Assembly: GCF_009914755.1 (NCBI RefSeq) | Contig: NC_060926.1 | Direction: 5' to 3' (one strand) | Source: the human T2T-CHM13v2.0 reference genome, Homo sapiens | Length of the DNA stretch: 64,000 nucleotides | In this document: piece by piece, positions 42,308 through 58,138 of the stretch | Layout of the letters: every line of letters starts with the position of its first letter | How positions within the stretch are numbered: the stretch's first letter is position 1 | Notes under the pieces: generated by a model | Told to the model about the DNA's origin: nothing | The model's database searches: none | The model's input: the letters and a program-made list of their open reading frames with translations, nothing else | Translations under genes and position numbers: made by a program

Positions 42308-43639
42308 TTTTCTTTCTAGAAGAACTAAGGTAAAGTTGCGTTTGAAAATGGTAATAAGAGTGTGTGGCCAGAAAGAAGGAAGCAGCAAGTTAGTTGTCAG
42401 TAACACTGGCCAAGGCAAACTCTGACCCTGTCTACTTTCCAGCTTTTGTCTTTCCTCGATACTGCTTTGCCTAACAGACTCTTCCCTGGCATTAATGACT
42501 CCGCTGTGAAGAAGGATGGTTTCTAGTTTAGTGACACAAAAAGATACGTTTGGTATTTAAGAAAGCATAAAGGGAGCATAACTCCATTCACCTATGTCAA
42601 AATTACTTGGATAAATAAGTATAGAAAACATTAGTTATTCTTCTTTATTATAGAAAATGGATAAAACTAAAACTCAACTTCATCTCTGTGTACAGATAGC
42701 ATAGCTACCTAGGGAATTAATTATTTAATTTGTGCACACCTTATGATCATGCCTCAGAAAAGAACTGCCAGAGCAATCCCTTGTATAGGCTACTGTGATT
42801 CTGTTTTTCTGAGGCTAATGTGCTCTGTGAGGTTGTCAGAAAAGAAATAATAATCAGTTATTTCTTTGTTTAACTGGAGAGGCAGATGAATAAAGCATAT
42901 AAGAAAGGTACAAGGAAAAGCAGCTTAAATATAAATACAAGCTAGTCCCATTTCTGACTTTGTGTCTACCTTTGACCAATGGTGAATGAATTTCCTTGTC
43001 ACTGTTTCTGCATTTTGAAGAAAGTAAGCTGTATTCATATTTTTTCTCAGAAATACTATGTTAAATGTATTAGTGTATGTCCTTGATAAACAAAATGTAA
43101 AACTCAGAAGAAGAATAATGTTTATGGTACATATATTTCTTCAAAGTAAGAAAGAACTATGCATTTCAATAATGCCACAATTGAAAATTGAGCCATAAAC
43201 ATCCTGAAGGGCCCCAAAGTTGAAAACAAAAATGAATAAGACTACCAACTTTTTAACTTTTTCAGAAGGATGAAGCTGCTTGCATTCTTTGGGGAGCAAA
43301 TGTTAGGCTTTTTTCCTATTTAAATTACCACAACATTGTCACGATCTGACATTCGATTTATAACAACTAATCAAGAAATATTTACCTAATGCCCATAGCA
43401 TATGAGGTATTATAGGGAACGAAAATCTTACACACTGGATATTTAAGACCCCTATTGAGGGTAAGCCAAATTAGAAGTAACCGTTATATAAATAATGCTC
43501 ACATTTTAAAAGCACTTTATGATTTTCAAAATATGTTTCACATTGGTCACTTCATTTAACAGACATTATCTTATTTGAAGTCCAAGAAGAGAGAGATCCA
43601 GAGGTGGAAGTGATTAAAAAAAAAAATCTGTGAATTTAA

Positions 43640-43948
43640 GGCCAGGCACAGCGGCTCACACCTGTAATCCTAGCAATTTGGGAGGCAGAGGCAGGTGGAT
43701 TGCCTGAGCTCAGGAGTTTGCGACCAGCCTGGGTAACATGGCGAAACCTCGTCTCTACCAAAATACAAAAAATCAGCTGGGTGTGGTAACGTGCACTTGT
43801 AAACCCAGCTACTTGGGAGGCTGAGGCACAAGATTTGCTTGAACCCGGAAGGCAGAGGTTGCAGTGAGCAGAGATTGTGCCACTTCACTTCAGCATGGGT
43901 GACAGTGAGACTCTGACTCAAAATAATAAAATAAAAATAAAATAAAAT
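43640..43948 (+). mobile_element. AluS with (TAAAA)n tail
   Basis: TSD tctgtgaatttaa on both sides. Confidence 0.93.
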
Positions 43949-46350
43949 TCTGTGAATTTAAACCTGAGCTGGCATTTGAAAGAAGAGTTGGGCTTGAATA
44001 AGAAAGAGAAGAAGCCAATTATGACTGAAAATTGCTTTGTTCTTTAATTTTCATAAACACATAATTTACTAGTTCCTTAAGTACACAAATATATGCTTTC
44101 TTATTATCCTACTTAGGCTTAGTACTACACCCAACAGTGACCTGGGGAGCACATACTGAATTAACCAATAGGGAGGATTTGTCCTTCTGTATCTATTTTG
44201 ATCATTAACAGGACACTTTACAAAGTAGCTGGGGAGTTCAGAGTATAGCTCATGGCTATGGAATATAATTGAGCTCACAGACTCAGGGAGTCAATCCCTT
44301 CACTTAAGGTTCATTAGCCTGGGTTCCAAGGATCCCAGGGGGCGATTCCTTCCTTTTCTGAATCCCCATAGCACACATCACCCAGACAATGTCTGTAGGA
44401 CAACTTTAGCACTTCAAATGAAATATTGTCTGTGAGATCTTTGCTTTTCAATTGATTCGTGTTATCTTTGTCTTACCTCCCAATTAATCTCCAGAGCTCC
44501 TTGTAGATAGGAACTATGTCATCCAGATTCTTTATCTAGGCCACATAGCTTCTAGCCAATTACTTGACAAAGCATAGGTGCATAACCAATGTCTTCTTTG
44601 TGCCTCTGAGTTGCAAACGCAGTTGTATATCTACGTTAATGAAACGATGCTTCATGCCTGTATTTTAAAAACTGATGCCTAGACAGGTGAGTAATGCCAA
44701 GCAGACTATGCAAGCTCTTGTGGTTTCTGATTATCAGATAAGAGTCGCTTAATTTGGTAATTGTGACATTGTAGATATGGAAAGTATAGTAAAAGCCAAC
44801 TAGTGCAGAACCCTCATTTTTTACATGGGGAAACAGACTTAGACAGGGAAAGTGCCTTGCCTAAGATCACAACTAATATTGTGCAAGAATCTGTTGTGGG
44901 CTCAGCATATGGTAGGCAATTATTTCAATGAATAAAGAAGTACCAGATGTGGGTCACATGGTCCCCTGGCACTCCAGCCGAGAAGGCAACTTGGTGTTAT
45001 TTCTATGAGTCCTTGCAGGTGTGGAATACTGTATACTCTTCCCTTTGCTGTATTGTTTCTGCCAAAATAATTGTATTTTGTAGCTGTATTTTCACTTAAA
45101 TATAAAAGCAGCTAAAAGATAGTATGCACTGTATTTCCCAACTTTGTATTTAAGTCCATGATTACGTCTACGTATTTACACAGATTCCTTTTCAAAATAC
45201 TTACAAGGCATGCACCAAAATAATAACAGATTATATCTGGCCAATGGAATTCTTGGTGACTTTAATCTGACTTTTTAAACATGTCAACATATCTCCAATA
45301 TTGTCATGAATATATAAACAAACATTAATTTTATAGCTAGAAGTTAAGTCCAGTAAAAATATGTTTTTAAAAAGAAAGACACTACTTCTACACCTGCCAA
45401 AAGCCTGCCGTTTTGCAAACTAGTCGAGTTTTCTCATGATATATAAATTAGCGCAATTTTGAAAATGTAAATATCAATTATTGTGTTACAAAAAAACAAC
45501 TTTTAGGATGTGGGAAGCAGAGGTTCTGCTAACATAGAGTTTAACATTGAGCCTTAAAGAGGCGGAAAGGTCTAATTTGGGAAAAGACTCGTTCCTTAAA
45601 TTTTACTCTAGTTTTTCTTTCTATTTCCCTCCATAAGGAATTTATAAACTCAGACTTTAAATTCCATTATTTGGACTTACAAAAAGCACATTCTGTTAAA
45701 ACAAAATTAAATTAAATTAAATTAAATTATTAGATTAAATTAAAAAGCCCTATCTGCATGATAAGTATCCCCTCCGTTTCTGACCAAAGTCTCACAGAAC
45801 TTCCCCCATTATGTGTTGAAGGAAATTTGTATTTCAAGGTACAAATGAGAATGACTCAAAACCATGTGGGAGAATCCCAGATGCATTATATAGATTAAGT
45901 GGGTGTGGTGATAAAAAAGATTAGGGGTTAAATAAAATGGTTGCTGGTCACCATGAGCCTCTTATTTTGTATTACTAAAATTCAATCTACCATCATTTGT
46001 AACATGAGCGTGGGGAAAGTAAATTGTGAATTGCAGACTATTTTGTATACATATGAAACTTTAATAATTATAGATCCACTAGCTAGACTGAGAAACACTA
46101 AGTACTTCTATAAAATATTGAGCGTTGTGAGAATTTGCTTACCTTAAGTAGTATTACTATTTGTATTTGGAGTCCTCTAAACTATGCAAAAGGATTTAAA
46201 ATTGGAGATCTTTACTAATTAAATTGTTTATTCATCCTTTCTCCAGAAAAATAAAAGGTATGTCTCAGCTCAATATATTTCAGAACTATCAGAATTTTGA
46301 ATTCTAAAACAGATTTTTCCCATTATACACACAGTTTATCGACACCGTGA

Positions 46351-46708
<358 letters not shown>

Positions 46709-48559
46709 TGAATAATTGTCTTTCAAATACTCATGCCATTTATGGGTATGTATGCAATTATATGCACAACTGCATAGTTACAATGATATAACATAAATGA
46801 AAACAATTCAGAATACTAAAAAGTGTTACTCATAAGTAATATAGTAAAGTAGTGTGAACACTACTGGACAATATTGATACAAAACACAAAAATGCAGTAT
46901 TTCACATTAGCTTTTAGGCTACCTGATTGAAATGACCTTTTAAAACTCTTGTGGAGTCTGATAATTGAACTTAGCTACCAATAATGGAAAGTATCATGAT
47001 TTAAAGAGGACAGAATGTTGTATTTTGTCTACAAGAAAAAATATATTTTCTGTCTACAGAGGAGTATAATTAAGATTTAGTAGAGGAAAAACCAGTGATA
47101 ATTGTCATATTCCTCTCTTTCACTCTCAGCATCCAAATGATCACTCAAAATGGTCATTTTTTAAATTGGTGCAGTGCAACTAAGAGCTATTTTAGGAGTG
47201 GTTATTTCCATAAAATTCTATTCTATTTTCTTCAGTCTTACTGAAAATGGTGCTTTCTGTCTAAACCATCAAGGTGTTAAAACATATTAGGACAGGTTGA
47301 AACCCAATGAGAGCAAGTGACACATTTTAACAAGATTTTATAGGTCACTGTCTTGCAAAAATGTAACTCAAAGTACATTTATGGGCACACAGGAAAATTT
47401 TAACAACTGAGAAACCTATTCATAAATCTTGTACTTATTTTAAATTAATTTATTAGATTATATACATGACTGGCATTGCTAAAAAATGTAAACTTGCCTA
47501 TTTTGGTGAATAACAGTACAATAATGGTACTTTCCTTTTCCTTCATAAACAAAATTTTTTAAAAAGACAAGAGAAAAAAAATCAAATAAAACTAAAGAAC
47601 AGCCAATCTATGAAGAAGTATTTCCTATGGACTGCACTGAAACTTGGACCTAGGTAAAGGACGAAGCACTAGGTCAAAAGCCACCCGAGAGGTAATGGAC
47701 TATGCAGTCTGAGTTCCTCCAAGGCGGGGTCACACAATCCCAAGGATAGACTTAATATTTATTTACAGAACTCAAAGTGCTTGGAATTGGGGAAATGGGT
47801 GTGAGGACAAATTGCAGGAGGGTCCCTGACCTTGGGGAGCAGGTCTGACTCAGAGAACACACAGGCTGGCTGTTTTGCATGAAATAGATGATGATTTAGC
47901 AATGTGGCGGAGAAAACGTAGAAAACAAGAAGTTCTGTAACTCTCCATTTTGGTCAACCAAAGAGAAGTACATTCTATCACCACAGGTCAGACCTATGAC
48001 ACCAGTTCACTATAGACCTACCATCTGCAAGTGGAGACAGCCACAGGAAAAGGTGTTTTGGTAAGGGTGGAGAAAGAGACAGTAGGAGAAACGTAGCTGA
48101 CTGCTTCTTTAGTTTACCACTACTATATTAGCATTCAATAAAACTTGATACTGAAAACAACAGCTCCCATTGAACAACTGGAGGTAGAAAAAAGTGGCAA
48201 ACAGAAAATAAATACCAAAAATTTTTCCAAGATTTAGCCAGAAAATATTGAGAATCTAGTTTCAATGAAGTCAAAAGAAAACACAGATTCTCTGAAACAA
48301 GAGTCTGAAGAAGAGATGAAGAAAGTAAAAGTAGACTAAAAGCAGGAAAAAATGGAAGAGTAAATAAAACTATGGCATAAATAAAATCCACTCCAACAGT
48401 TAATTCTTCCTCTTTCAATAGAGGCTCAATAGATACAGCATAAAGTGATAATCTCCCCAAAAGGGAACTTAAATATACAAATTACAAGAAATAAAAGGAA
48501 GGATCATAAATTTTCCAGATTTAGAATAAAACTGCAAAAACACACAGATTGCCACATAA

Positions 48560-49030
48560 ACACATTCTAAAAATGCATGCTACTTATTAAAAGAGAAATT
48601 TAAAAAGAAACCCTTAATGAAAAAAAATGAATTTGTAATACATAAAGAATTTTTACAACCAATAAGATAAAACCCAAAAATTCAATTAAAAACTGGGCAA
48701 GTCTGCATAGGAAGTTCATGAATTTAAGAAATTGAAGAAACATCTTAAAAAACACATAAAAATTTTAAAAGAAGTGGCTCTAAACATACAAAAACATGTC
48801 CAACCACCTAGTAAAGAAAGATCAATGAAAACGACATTGAGGTACCATTGGCAAATATTGAAAAGATTGACAGAGAGCGTTGGGCAACTCTCAACACTGT
48901 TCAAAGGAAGGGAAGTTTGGATTCAAATACATTGGAGGAAAATTTGGCAATCTGCCAAAATGAAAACTGCACAACATTTTCCCCCCAATAATTACATTTT
49001 TAGGACTTTATCATACAAATGAACTGAAAC
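48560..49030 (+). mobile_element. Old L1M (ORF2 3' region) fragment
   Basis: caattaaaaactgggcaa...atgaaaacgacattgaggtacca...ttggaggaaaatttggcaat. Confidence 0.6.
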
Positions 49031-49476
49031 CTGTTTATATAAATAGCCAGTTTAATTAGGCCAAGCCTGCATTAAAGTTAGTTCTCAAATGAGTTAAACA
49101 GTTTCCATTTTCCACTTTCTTTTATTTGTCTATGTCTTAACCCAAAACTCATGCAAAATTTTCCAGCATGATCTCTCCCCAAAATGTGAGTAGATGAAAG
49201 ATCTGGATGGTTTGTGTTTTCGAGTGCTATTGGTAAATCAGAAATTTTTTAACTTTAATGTGCAAATCTCATTTTTACAGTCCCTTATTAAATTTAAATT
49301 TGGTATAAATTGAAGGAGCTCACTATATTTAAAATAACAATAGAATTGAAAACCTGACATAGGAAGGGCCTGATACATCTTAAGAAAAATTTAGTCAAGT
49401 ATAACCTTAATATTTATATACACAACCCAAAGTCCATGTTAATTCCACTTGGTATTACTATATAAAAGAGATTATT

Positions 49477-50300
49477 ATTTATGCAGCCAAAAAACATATG
49501 AAAAAAAGCTCATCATCACTGCTTATTAGAGAAATGCAAATCAAAACCACAATGACATACCATCTCATGTCAGTTAGAATGGCGATCATTAAAAAGTCAG
49601 GAAACAACAGATGCTGGAGAGGATGTGTAGAAATGGGAAGGCTTTTATACTGTTGGTGGGAGTGTAAATTAGTTCAGCCATTGTGGAAGACAGTGTGGCT
49701 ATTCCTCAAGGATCTACATCTAGAAATACCATTTGACCCAGCAATCCCATTACTGGGTATATACCCAAAGGATTATAAATCATTCTACTATGAGGACACA
49801 TGCACATGTATGTTTATTGCGACACTATTTACAATAGCAAAGACTTGGCACCAACCGAAATGTCCATCAATGACAGACTGGATAAAGAAGATGTGGCACA
49901 TATACACCATGGAATACTATGCAGCCATAAAAAAAGATGAGTTCATGCCCTTCACAGGGACATGGATGAAGCTGGAAACCATCATTCTCAGCTAACTAAC
50001 ATCATTCTCAGCTAACTAACACAGGAACAGGAAACCAAACACTGCATGTTCTCACTCTTAAGTGGGATTGAACAATGAGAACACATGGACACAGGGAGGG
50101 GAACATCATCCACCAGGGCCTGCTGGGGGTTGGGGGGCTACGGGAGGGATAGCATTAGGAGAAGTACCTAATGCATGCCGGGCTTAAAACCTAGATGATG
50201 GGTTGATGCGTGCAGCAAATCACCATGGCACGTGTATACCTATGTAACAAATCTGCACATTCTGCACATGTATCCCAGAACTTAGAGTATAATTTAAAAA
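49477..50300 (+). mobile_element. 5'-truncated L1PA (PA7/PA8-like) 3' end
   Basis: ORF 49498-49995 is the ORF2 C-terminus; full 3' UTR; TSD aaaagaga(t/c)tatt at 49464-49476 and 50299-50311. Confidence 0.95.
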
Positions 50301-53114
50301 AAGAGACTATTGCGGAGACTGAAAAAGAGATAAAAGGAAGAAAAATAAACTAAAATCTGTAAAAATAGACATCACTTTTCAATATAAAATGTATCTCAAA
50401 CTTTCTGAAGATATTGCCTCCATTTTTTAATCTCTAAAATGAGCATAGGCTGGCTGCCAAAGTCCACAATGTAAATGTTAACAAATTATAGTCAAAAATG
50501 CCTTTCAACTACTTAAAAAAAAACCCATAAAAATGTAGTTAGTAGTCGATGTTGCCTAAATAGAGTCTCGAAGCCTACAATCTGTAGGCTGTAGAAGTGA
50601 ACCAAGTCAAAATTTAAAAACAGGCTTCTGTACAACAGATTTTCTCTGTATACTTAACTCACATTAGAAGTGTGGCATGTGTTACAAAATTGATGTCAGA
50701 TAGCTTAGAAGACTTCATATGTTTTGAATGACAAGGTATTGACCATGGTTTCTGCAAAAGAAACTAAGCATCATAAAAACAGATACTTTAAACACCAAGA
50801 ATATCATCACTCCATTTGTTCTGCTCCTTTAGAGGTCCTGTGTAATTGGAAGTGAGGCTACTGGACTACAATGTTATCTTTTACAATGAACTACCAAATT
50901 TAGATGTCAGAGTGACAGTTGAAGAAAATTGCTTGAATGGGAAATAAATGAACAGTCACAGAATAAACCAAGTCTACTTGCCCAGGCCTTGTGTTATTAA
51001 CTAGAGGGATGATTACTGCAGCAAGAAGTGATAGCTTATAAAAATTCTATGAAAATCAATATAGATTTGCAGATTGTAACTTCAACAAAGATTTGATTTG
51101 TCAAATATTAGTCTAACTTGCTTTATTCAGCACATGCATTTCTAAAATTATTAAAGACAAATATTCATGATTGAAATCTAAATGCAATATTTTTTAGAAC
51201 TCTTGTTTTTAAATATTTAAAGTTTCAGACAGAAAAAAAAAAATCTATTCATGGGTAGTTGTCTTCACTTACTATAGTCCCAGAACATAATTGTTGCCCC
51301 TTGACTTTTATTCGAAGATTTGGCTTCCCCACACAAAATTTGTCTTTGTCTAACACAGTAACACTTTATGATGTCAATTAATAATTATTGATTCATTGAG
51401 TCCCTTCTAATTCACTTACATTACCAATCAGTAGTTCATTTTGGTAGAATTCATTCCTTATGTTTAGGTAAATGTGGAAACTTTCTTCCAAATACAGCTC
51501 CTTCAAATTTAAAAGAAAAGTGCCTAATCTTTGTCTCCTGGATTTTTGGCACGTAGTTATCAATAGAACATAGTAAACATAGCAGTGAATTGCTGTATAA
51601 CTATAGTGTCAAAAGCCATGTTTGTTTAACGTGCCTGCATTCTGCCAAATAAATTAAATTGTTCAATCACTGTTTTTGATGATAATAATTATCATATTAT
51701 TACCCATTCCTACCTTGCAAAAAAAAAAAAAAAAGCCCAGTCTGCAATTTTGCTGGTTAATTTAAACCAGAAACTAAACTGCAAAATGGAAATATTTAAA
51801 GGAAAGTAGCCTTTGTATTCAAGCAGGGCTTACTCAACCATAGAAACGTGAGAAACTCAAGAACAACCACAACAAAAAAAGGCTTCTTGATGCTTCTTTT
51901 GATTCTAAGGGGGAGGTTTCTTTAGCTTAATTTTTTATATTATTGCAGGGAATCCTTCACCTTATCAAAACCACACAGCTGTTAAAAAATAATAAAAAAT
52001 AAGAATAAAAAGCCTAACACTCATTGTGCTTGCTGTCTCTTTGGACCAATAAAAAGCGGAAAGTATGAGATGAACATGATACAAGTATGTTTATATAACG
52101 GGAAGAACATTAAAAGGTAGAGTTTCTGCAAAAATGAAAATACCTCAAACAATTAAGTTTGTTGCTTTAAAGCAAGATTATAGTGTAGGGCTTGAGATAG
52201 GAATTCATTAGATATTTAAAATGCAGCAATTATTAAGTCTGTGCTAGGATCAAGTTTTGCAATGGGAATACTTACCCTTGGATCTCAGAGGAGAAAGAAA
52301 TACATCCTTCTCCATTAGAGACCTCAGCTACATGATAGTAACTTTTATTTAAAATTTTAAAAAGAAGAGTGACCAAGGTGTTATACTTATTGTCAAAGGC
52401 ACTTTGCTTCCCTAGCGAAAACTTGACAACATTGTAATCTTTCTCTAACAGACATGTTGCAAAGCTGCTTGCCATCTTGTAGTCCTATATGATTTCCTTG
52501 CATTTCCAGTTCTTTAGGAAATCCCCTGTTTTAATGATCTTTAAGAGGGGAAAAGACCCTTCAATAGAGAACTTGCTATTTATGCCAAATTTGAAAAAGT
52601 AGCCAAATAAAAATGGGCTATAAATGAGGTCTCTTTGGCCATTTCAATCCAATATAGTCTTACTTCTAGCCCCCCTGCTTTGACTAGGGCTCTCATTTCA
52701 TGTAAGCATCATGGATTTGATATTTACCTGTATGACAAACAGTTCTACAGAAGGATAGCCTTACCTTTTAATTAACACAGTTAGCTACACTATGAAAGTA
52801 GAAATATTCGTTCAGAATGTAAGAATGTTTTTAAAATATTATAACTCTCTCTGTATAAATAAATGGAGTTTAAAACAACAACAACAAAAAAAGCCTAACA
52901 TTTGTATTTAGAAGATACAAATAACTCAGGAGCCACAAAACAACAGTCGCCTGTTAAGAATCCTATTAAGAATTCTGACTTTTTCTTTACTTTAAATAAG
53001 TAAATAAATAAATGTTAAAAAATGGAGTATAACACTCTACTCTGCTGCTTGCTGGCTTTCCTAACAATGTGAGCAGTTGACATTGCTTGGCCAAGAGGAA
53101 CTCAAAAAGGTCCG

Positions 53115-53321
53115 TCCTTCCTTCCTTCCTTCCTTCCTTCCTTCCTTCCTTCCTTCCTCCCTCCCTTCCTTCCTCCCTCCTTCCCTTCCTTCCTTCCTCC
53201 CTCCCTTCCTCCTTCCCTCTCTCCCTCCCTTCCTTCCTTCCCTTCTTTTTCCTTCCTTTCTTCCCTTCTTTTTCCTTCCTTCCTTTCTCTTCTTCTCTCT
53301 CCCTCTTTCTCTTTCTTTCTT
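53115..53321 (+). repeat. (TCCT)n polypyrimidine tract, (GGAA)n on the minus strand
   Basis: 11 perfect TCCT units at 53115-53158, then degenerate C/T-only sequence. Confidence 0.95.
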
Positions 53322-53799
53322 AGCCAGGAGATTTTAAGGAGTCAGTGTCTAGACCATCTTTGTTTTGATCACCAAGCTCAGTAGTCAATCCATAGATGAA
53401 CTATTTTAGAAAAATATTTTCATGTCAGTTTGTAGCTGGACTGCTTTGGTAGCACACCCATTAAAGCACAAACTCCTTTAAATTCACAGTGCTTTGTGTC
53501 TGTTTATACAATTCCCAAAGCATAAAAATTTCAGGATTGGAGCTGAAGGGTGCACCCATCTTTATTTTTCTGTTTTTGATGCACCCTTCAAATTGCTTCA
53601 CACCCTTCTATACAATCTACCTTGATCAGAAATATGTATTTATCATACTATTAGGGGAAAAAAGAAACATATGTTCTGAGTGGCAATTAAGTTACCAGCA
53701 CTGTTAAGGTCCTGGTTATTTTATGTAATCTACCATATAACTCAAAACATCCAACAATATTGGCCAAAGACATTGACCATAGATAGTGCTTTCTTATCT

Positions 53800-54222
53800 T
53801 TTCCTTTCTCTCTCTCTTTTTTTTTTTTTTTTTGAGATGAAGTCTCACTCTGTTACCCAGGCTGGAGGGCAGTGGCAGGATCTTGGCTCACCACCTGCCA
53901 GGTTTAAGTGATCTTCCCAAGTCAGCATCCCAAGTAGCTGGGATCACAGACACCACCCACCACCACACCTGGCTTTTATATATATATATTATATATATGT
54001 ATTATATATATTATATATATATATTATATATATTATATATATATTATATATATAATACATATATATAATATATATTTTATATATATATTATATATATATA
54101 TATTTAGTAGAGATGGGGTTTCACCATGTTAGCCAGGCTGGTGAACACCTGACCTCAAGTGCTCCGCCCCCCTTGGCCTCCCAAAGTGCTGGGATTACAG
54201 ATGTGAGACACTGTGCCTGGCC
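53800..54222 (-). mobile_element. AluS with about 130-bp TA-rich expansion in the middle linker
   Basis: Arms at about 53834-53974 and 54103-54222; TSD attga(c/t)catagatagt. Confidence 0.92.
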
Positions 54223-55785
54223 ATTGATCATAGATAGTACCTTTAAAAACGTATCTCAATCTACCACTTCTAATCTGAGTGAAACCGTTTAAATTGGGTC
54301 CAAAGGTTAATCAAGGGCCCCTGTATTTTGTTAATATGAACTCTCTAAAGGGCTTTATATTTACGATTTGTTTTAAGCTGCTTACTAAAGCATGGTGGAA
54401 CATATTTTACCTGCTAAAAAATATTCTACAAAAGCATCAAAACTGAAAGATGAAAATTAGGCCTTACTGAGAAAAGAACCCCTTTATGTCCAAAACGGTC
54501 CAGGATAGGCTGGAATTCAATTATAGTATGGCAAAATATTGTGAACAGGCTGAGATAAGCAACAGCTCGAAGACTTCTTGGGTTGATTCTAGTAAAAAAT
54601 TATTTAAACTACAAAATAACTTAATGATGTGTCACTGGCCTGACAAACCATTAAAATAATCTAGAAGTAGAGATTTAATTACAAATAAAGCACCTCTTAA
54701 AATATTAATTCCTAAAATAAAAATGACATGCTTATCCAATTATATCACAATCCACTCATTTCCTCTTCCCACCAGGCTGAAGTTTCTCTTTTTATATTTT
54801 AAGGCTTAAAATAACATGGGTTTAAACATTTTGATATCTGTGGCATCATTTGTCAGGGACTATCCTATTTTGTGGGAACCACTCTTCAAATCATTGGCCT
54901 GTACAAAATACAAATAATGGTGTTAGTGTTACTACTTGTACCTTTTCCACCAAATGACCCACCAGTTGCTTATCAGCTGATACAGTTATCTATAAAACAG
55001 CCCTAAGGTACTGGTCATCATCAAATTTATAATAATATCACTGTCAACATTTTCTGTTAAAGAGGAAAATAGATCAATCTAAATAATAACAGCTTAAAAG
55101 TTACAAAATGCATCACTATAATGTGTATCTTAATAATGATTAGAATTTCACATAACATGCTAGCAAAATACTTTTGACATGAGGAAAAAATGTTTAAAAC
55201 TGAATAAGAATGTCCTAAAATACTGTATGCATTTGGCCTCCTTTTTCACCAAAATTTAACTTTTTTGGTTGTCTGCCCCAGGATCATAATGACCATGATG
55301 ATTATCCTAGTTTAGGTAATTTATTAATAAGGTAATGACTCATTAATTACAATGTTTACATAAATAACATATCAAACAACTCTGATGAAGCTTTATAAGT
55401 AAATCAAACTGAAAATGTGCTCTGTGATTTTACTAAAGACAGCCACAAAGCTTTAAATAGTGCTTGTTTATAGACCACTTTGAAAGAAAAAAAATTCACT
55501 TCGTATCTCTTGTTGACAAAATGCCAAGAATCATTTTCAAATTAGTAGCGATAAAATATTAAGTGATTCATAAATCATAATGGAAAACAGAAAAGTTGAA
55601 GTAAATATAGGCTTGAAAATATTATCTCAGAGGGGTACAAAATAATTTCAAATGGCAGTAACACTAAGCCACTTACTTGAATTTTAAATGTGAATTTGTC
55701 TTGAAATTGTAGTTCAGGTTTCCCTCCAATTAAGAAAAAGTATTCTATTAAAAAGCTAAGCAGGGCTTGCATAACAGATATATTA

Positions 55786-56061
<276 letters not shown>

Positions 56062-56244
56062 AACAGATATATTAGAAGTCAACTATTCACTTTAAAAATG
56101 CATTATTAATTTATGAAATGATTATTAATAAGATTGTTTTAAATAAATGGGATTTCAAGTTGAAAATCTCCTGAGATTTTCTGAGGTTACCCCATATCAG
56201 AAGCACACCCCCATATAGCCATGTGGCATGGATCCTGATGAACC

Positions 56245-56430
56245 TCAGTCTTTGGAGTTTAACAGGCTGGGGTTGGAATCCCAGCTCTGTCACTTGTTGG
56301 CCAAATATTGTATTTCATCTATTGGAAGCTCAGCCTCCTCATCTGTAAAACGGGAGTAACAAAGGCCTACCTTAAAAACGCTTTGAGGATAGCCTGAGAC
56401 AACTATGGCACATCATAGGTAGTTAAGTGG
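56245..56430 (+). mobile_element. MIR SINE
   Basis: ggttggaatcccagctctgtcactt...ctcagcctcctcatctgtaaaacggga. Confidence 0.75.
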
Positions 56431-56791
56431 TGATTACATTGGTTAACATTAAATCAGAGAAAATACTATGATTCAGGCTCTGACGGCGCTCTAATTGATA
56501 GCTTGGGATCTCCCTCCCAATATTCTCCCAAGTCCAAAGTGGACATAGGATGCTCCTATTGAGCCTTTCCTGAGGGAAGAATATGATTAATGAAAGGGAG
56601 GTTTTCCTGTTTTTGTTTGGTTTGGTTGTTGTTGTTTTGTTTGTTTGTTTCTGTTTTAAAGTACTGGAGATTTGTAATTTATTTTGAACAATGTTTCAAA
56701 AGGGTGAAAAAATATACATTTCAGGGACCATGTTAAATGGAGGCCAAGGAAAACTGTATTTTTATTATTTTTTATTAAAAAATCCATAATA

Positions 56792-57220
<429 letters not shown>

Positions 57221-58138
57221 TCAAATTCTACCTTTCCATAACTATAATAAAGTCGCTTAACTTTTTTTTTGTGGGATTGTTGAGGCTCAAATGAGAAAAC
57301 ACATTAGAAAATATCTGGTGACTTGACAAACATATAAATATGAGATACTGTTATTATTAATGATAAAGATGTGTTCCTGGTCCCTGCACTAAGGAAGGAA
57401 GTGAGGAGGTCCCCTTCCACAAACCAAGAGCTCAAAGATGATAAACTGTTCCCAATTAATTCACAAATTCAGATAAGTAAGGATCGCAAAAATGAGACCC
57501 AGTCATCTCAGATTTATTTGTTGGTGCAAAATCTTTTAGAATCTGAATCTGTACTATGATCTTGAAGTTTCAGTGCTCAAGAACAAAAGCAAAAGTGGTT
57601 TCTATTAGCAGTAGAAAACTTGAACTCCTTCCCAAACATCTTTAAAGACTCATCATCCTTAAAATAAACATATCAATAAGACAGAGTTTTAAACTCTATA
57701 TATTTGGTCTTGAGAAATAATTTTATTAATATTGAGAAATTAATTCCATTGTTACCATAAAATTAGTCATTTCCCAAAAGCAAAGCCCTACTTCATGCCT
57801 GCAGTATGAGGCATTGATACATTTAATCAAAATGTCTTACAGTTATTGCTTTTTAGTTTTATGGTCTTTGCTGTGTGTGTTATATAACAACAGTTTTGGA
57901 GCACTACGTCAGAAGTAGGAAGCAGAAGATGTGGCTGGAAAGATAGGTAGAGCCTGTATCATAAAGAGCTTTATATGCCATGCTAAGGATTTTGAAATTT
58001 ACCACTTAAGTGATGAGGATCTACCAAACAGTTTTAAGCCAAGGAGAGATGTAGTTCTATTTAATTTTAGGCAGGTCACTCAGTCAGCAATGTAGAGTAT
58101 TTTTAAGACATTAATCACAGCCTCAAACTAAGATATTA

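Noticed and set aside
53077-53337. PSFL-repeat ORFs
   Set aside because: Translation of the (TCCT)n microsatellite.
53544-53590. 11-bp inverted repeat tgaagggtgca / tgcacccttca as a miRNA-like hairpin
   Set aside because: Stem too short and loop unstructured for a pre-miRNA.
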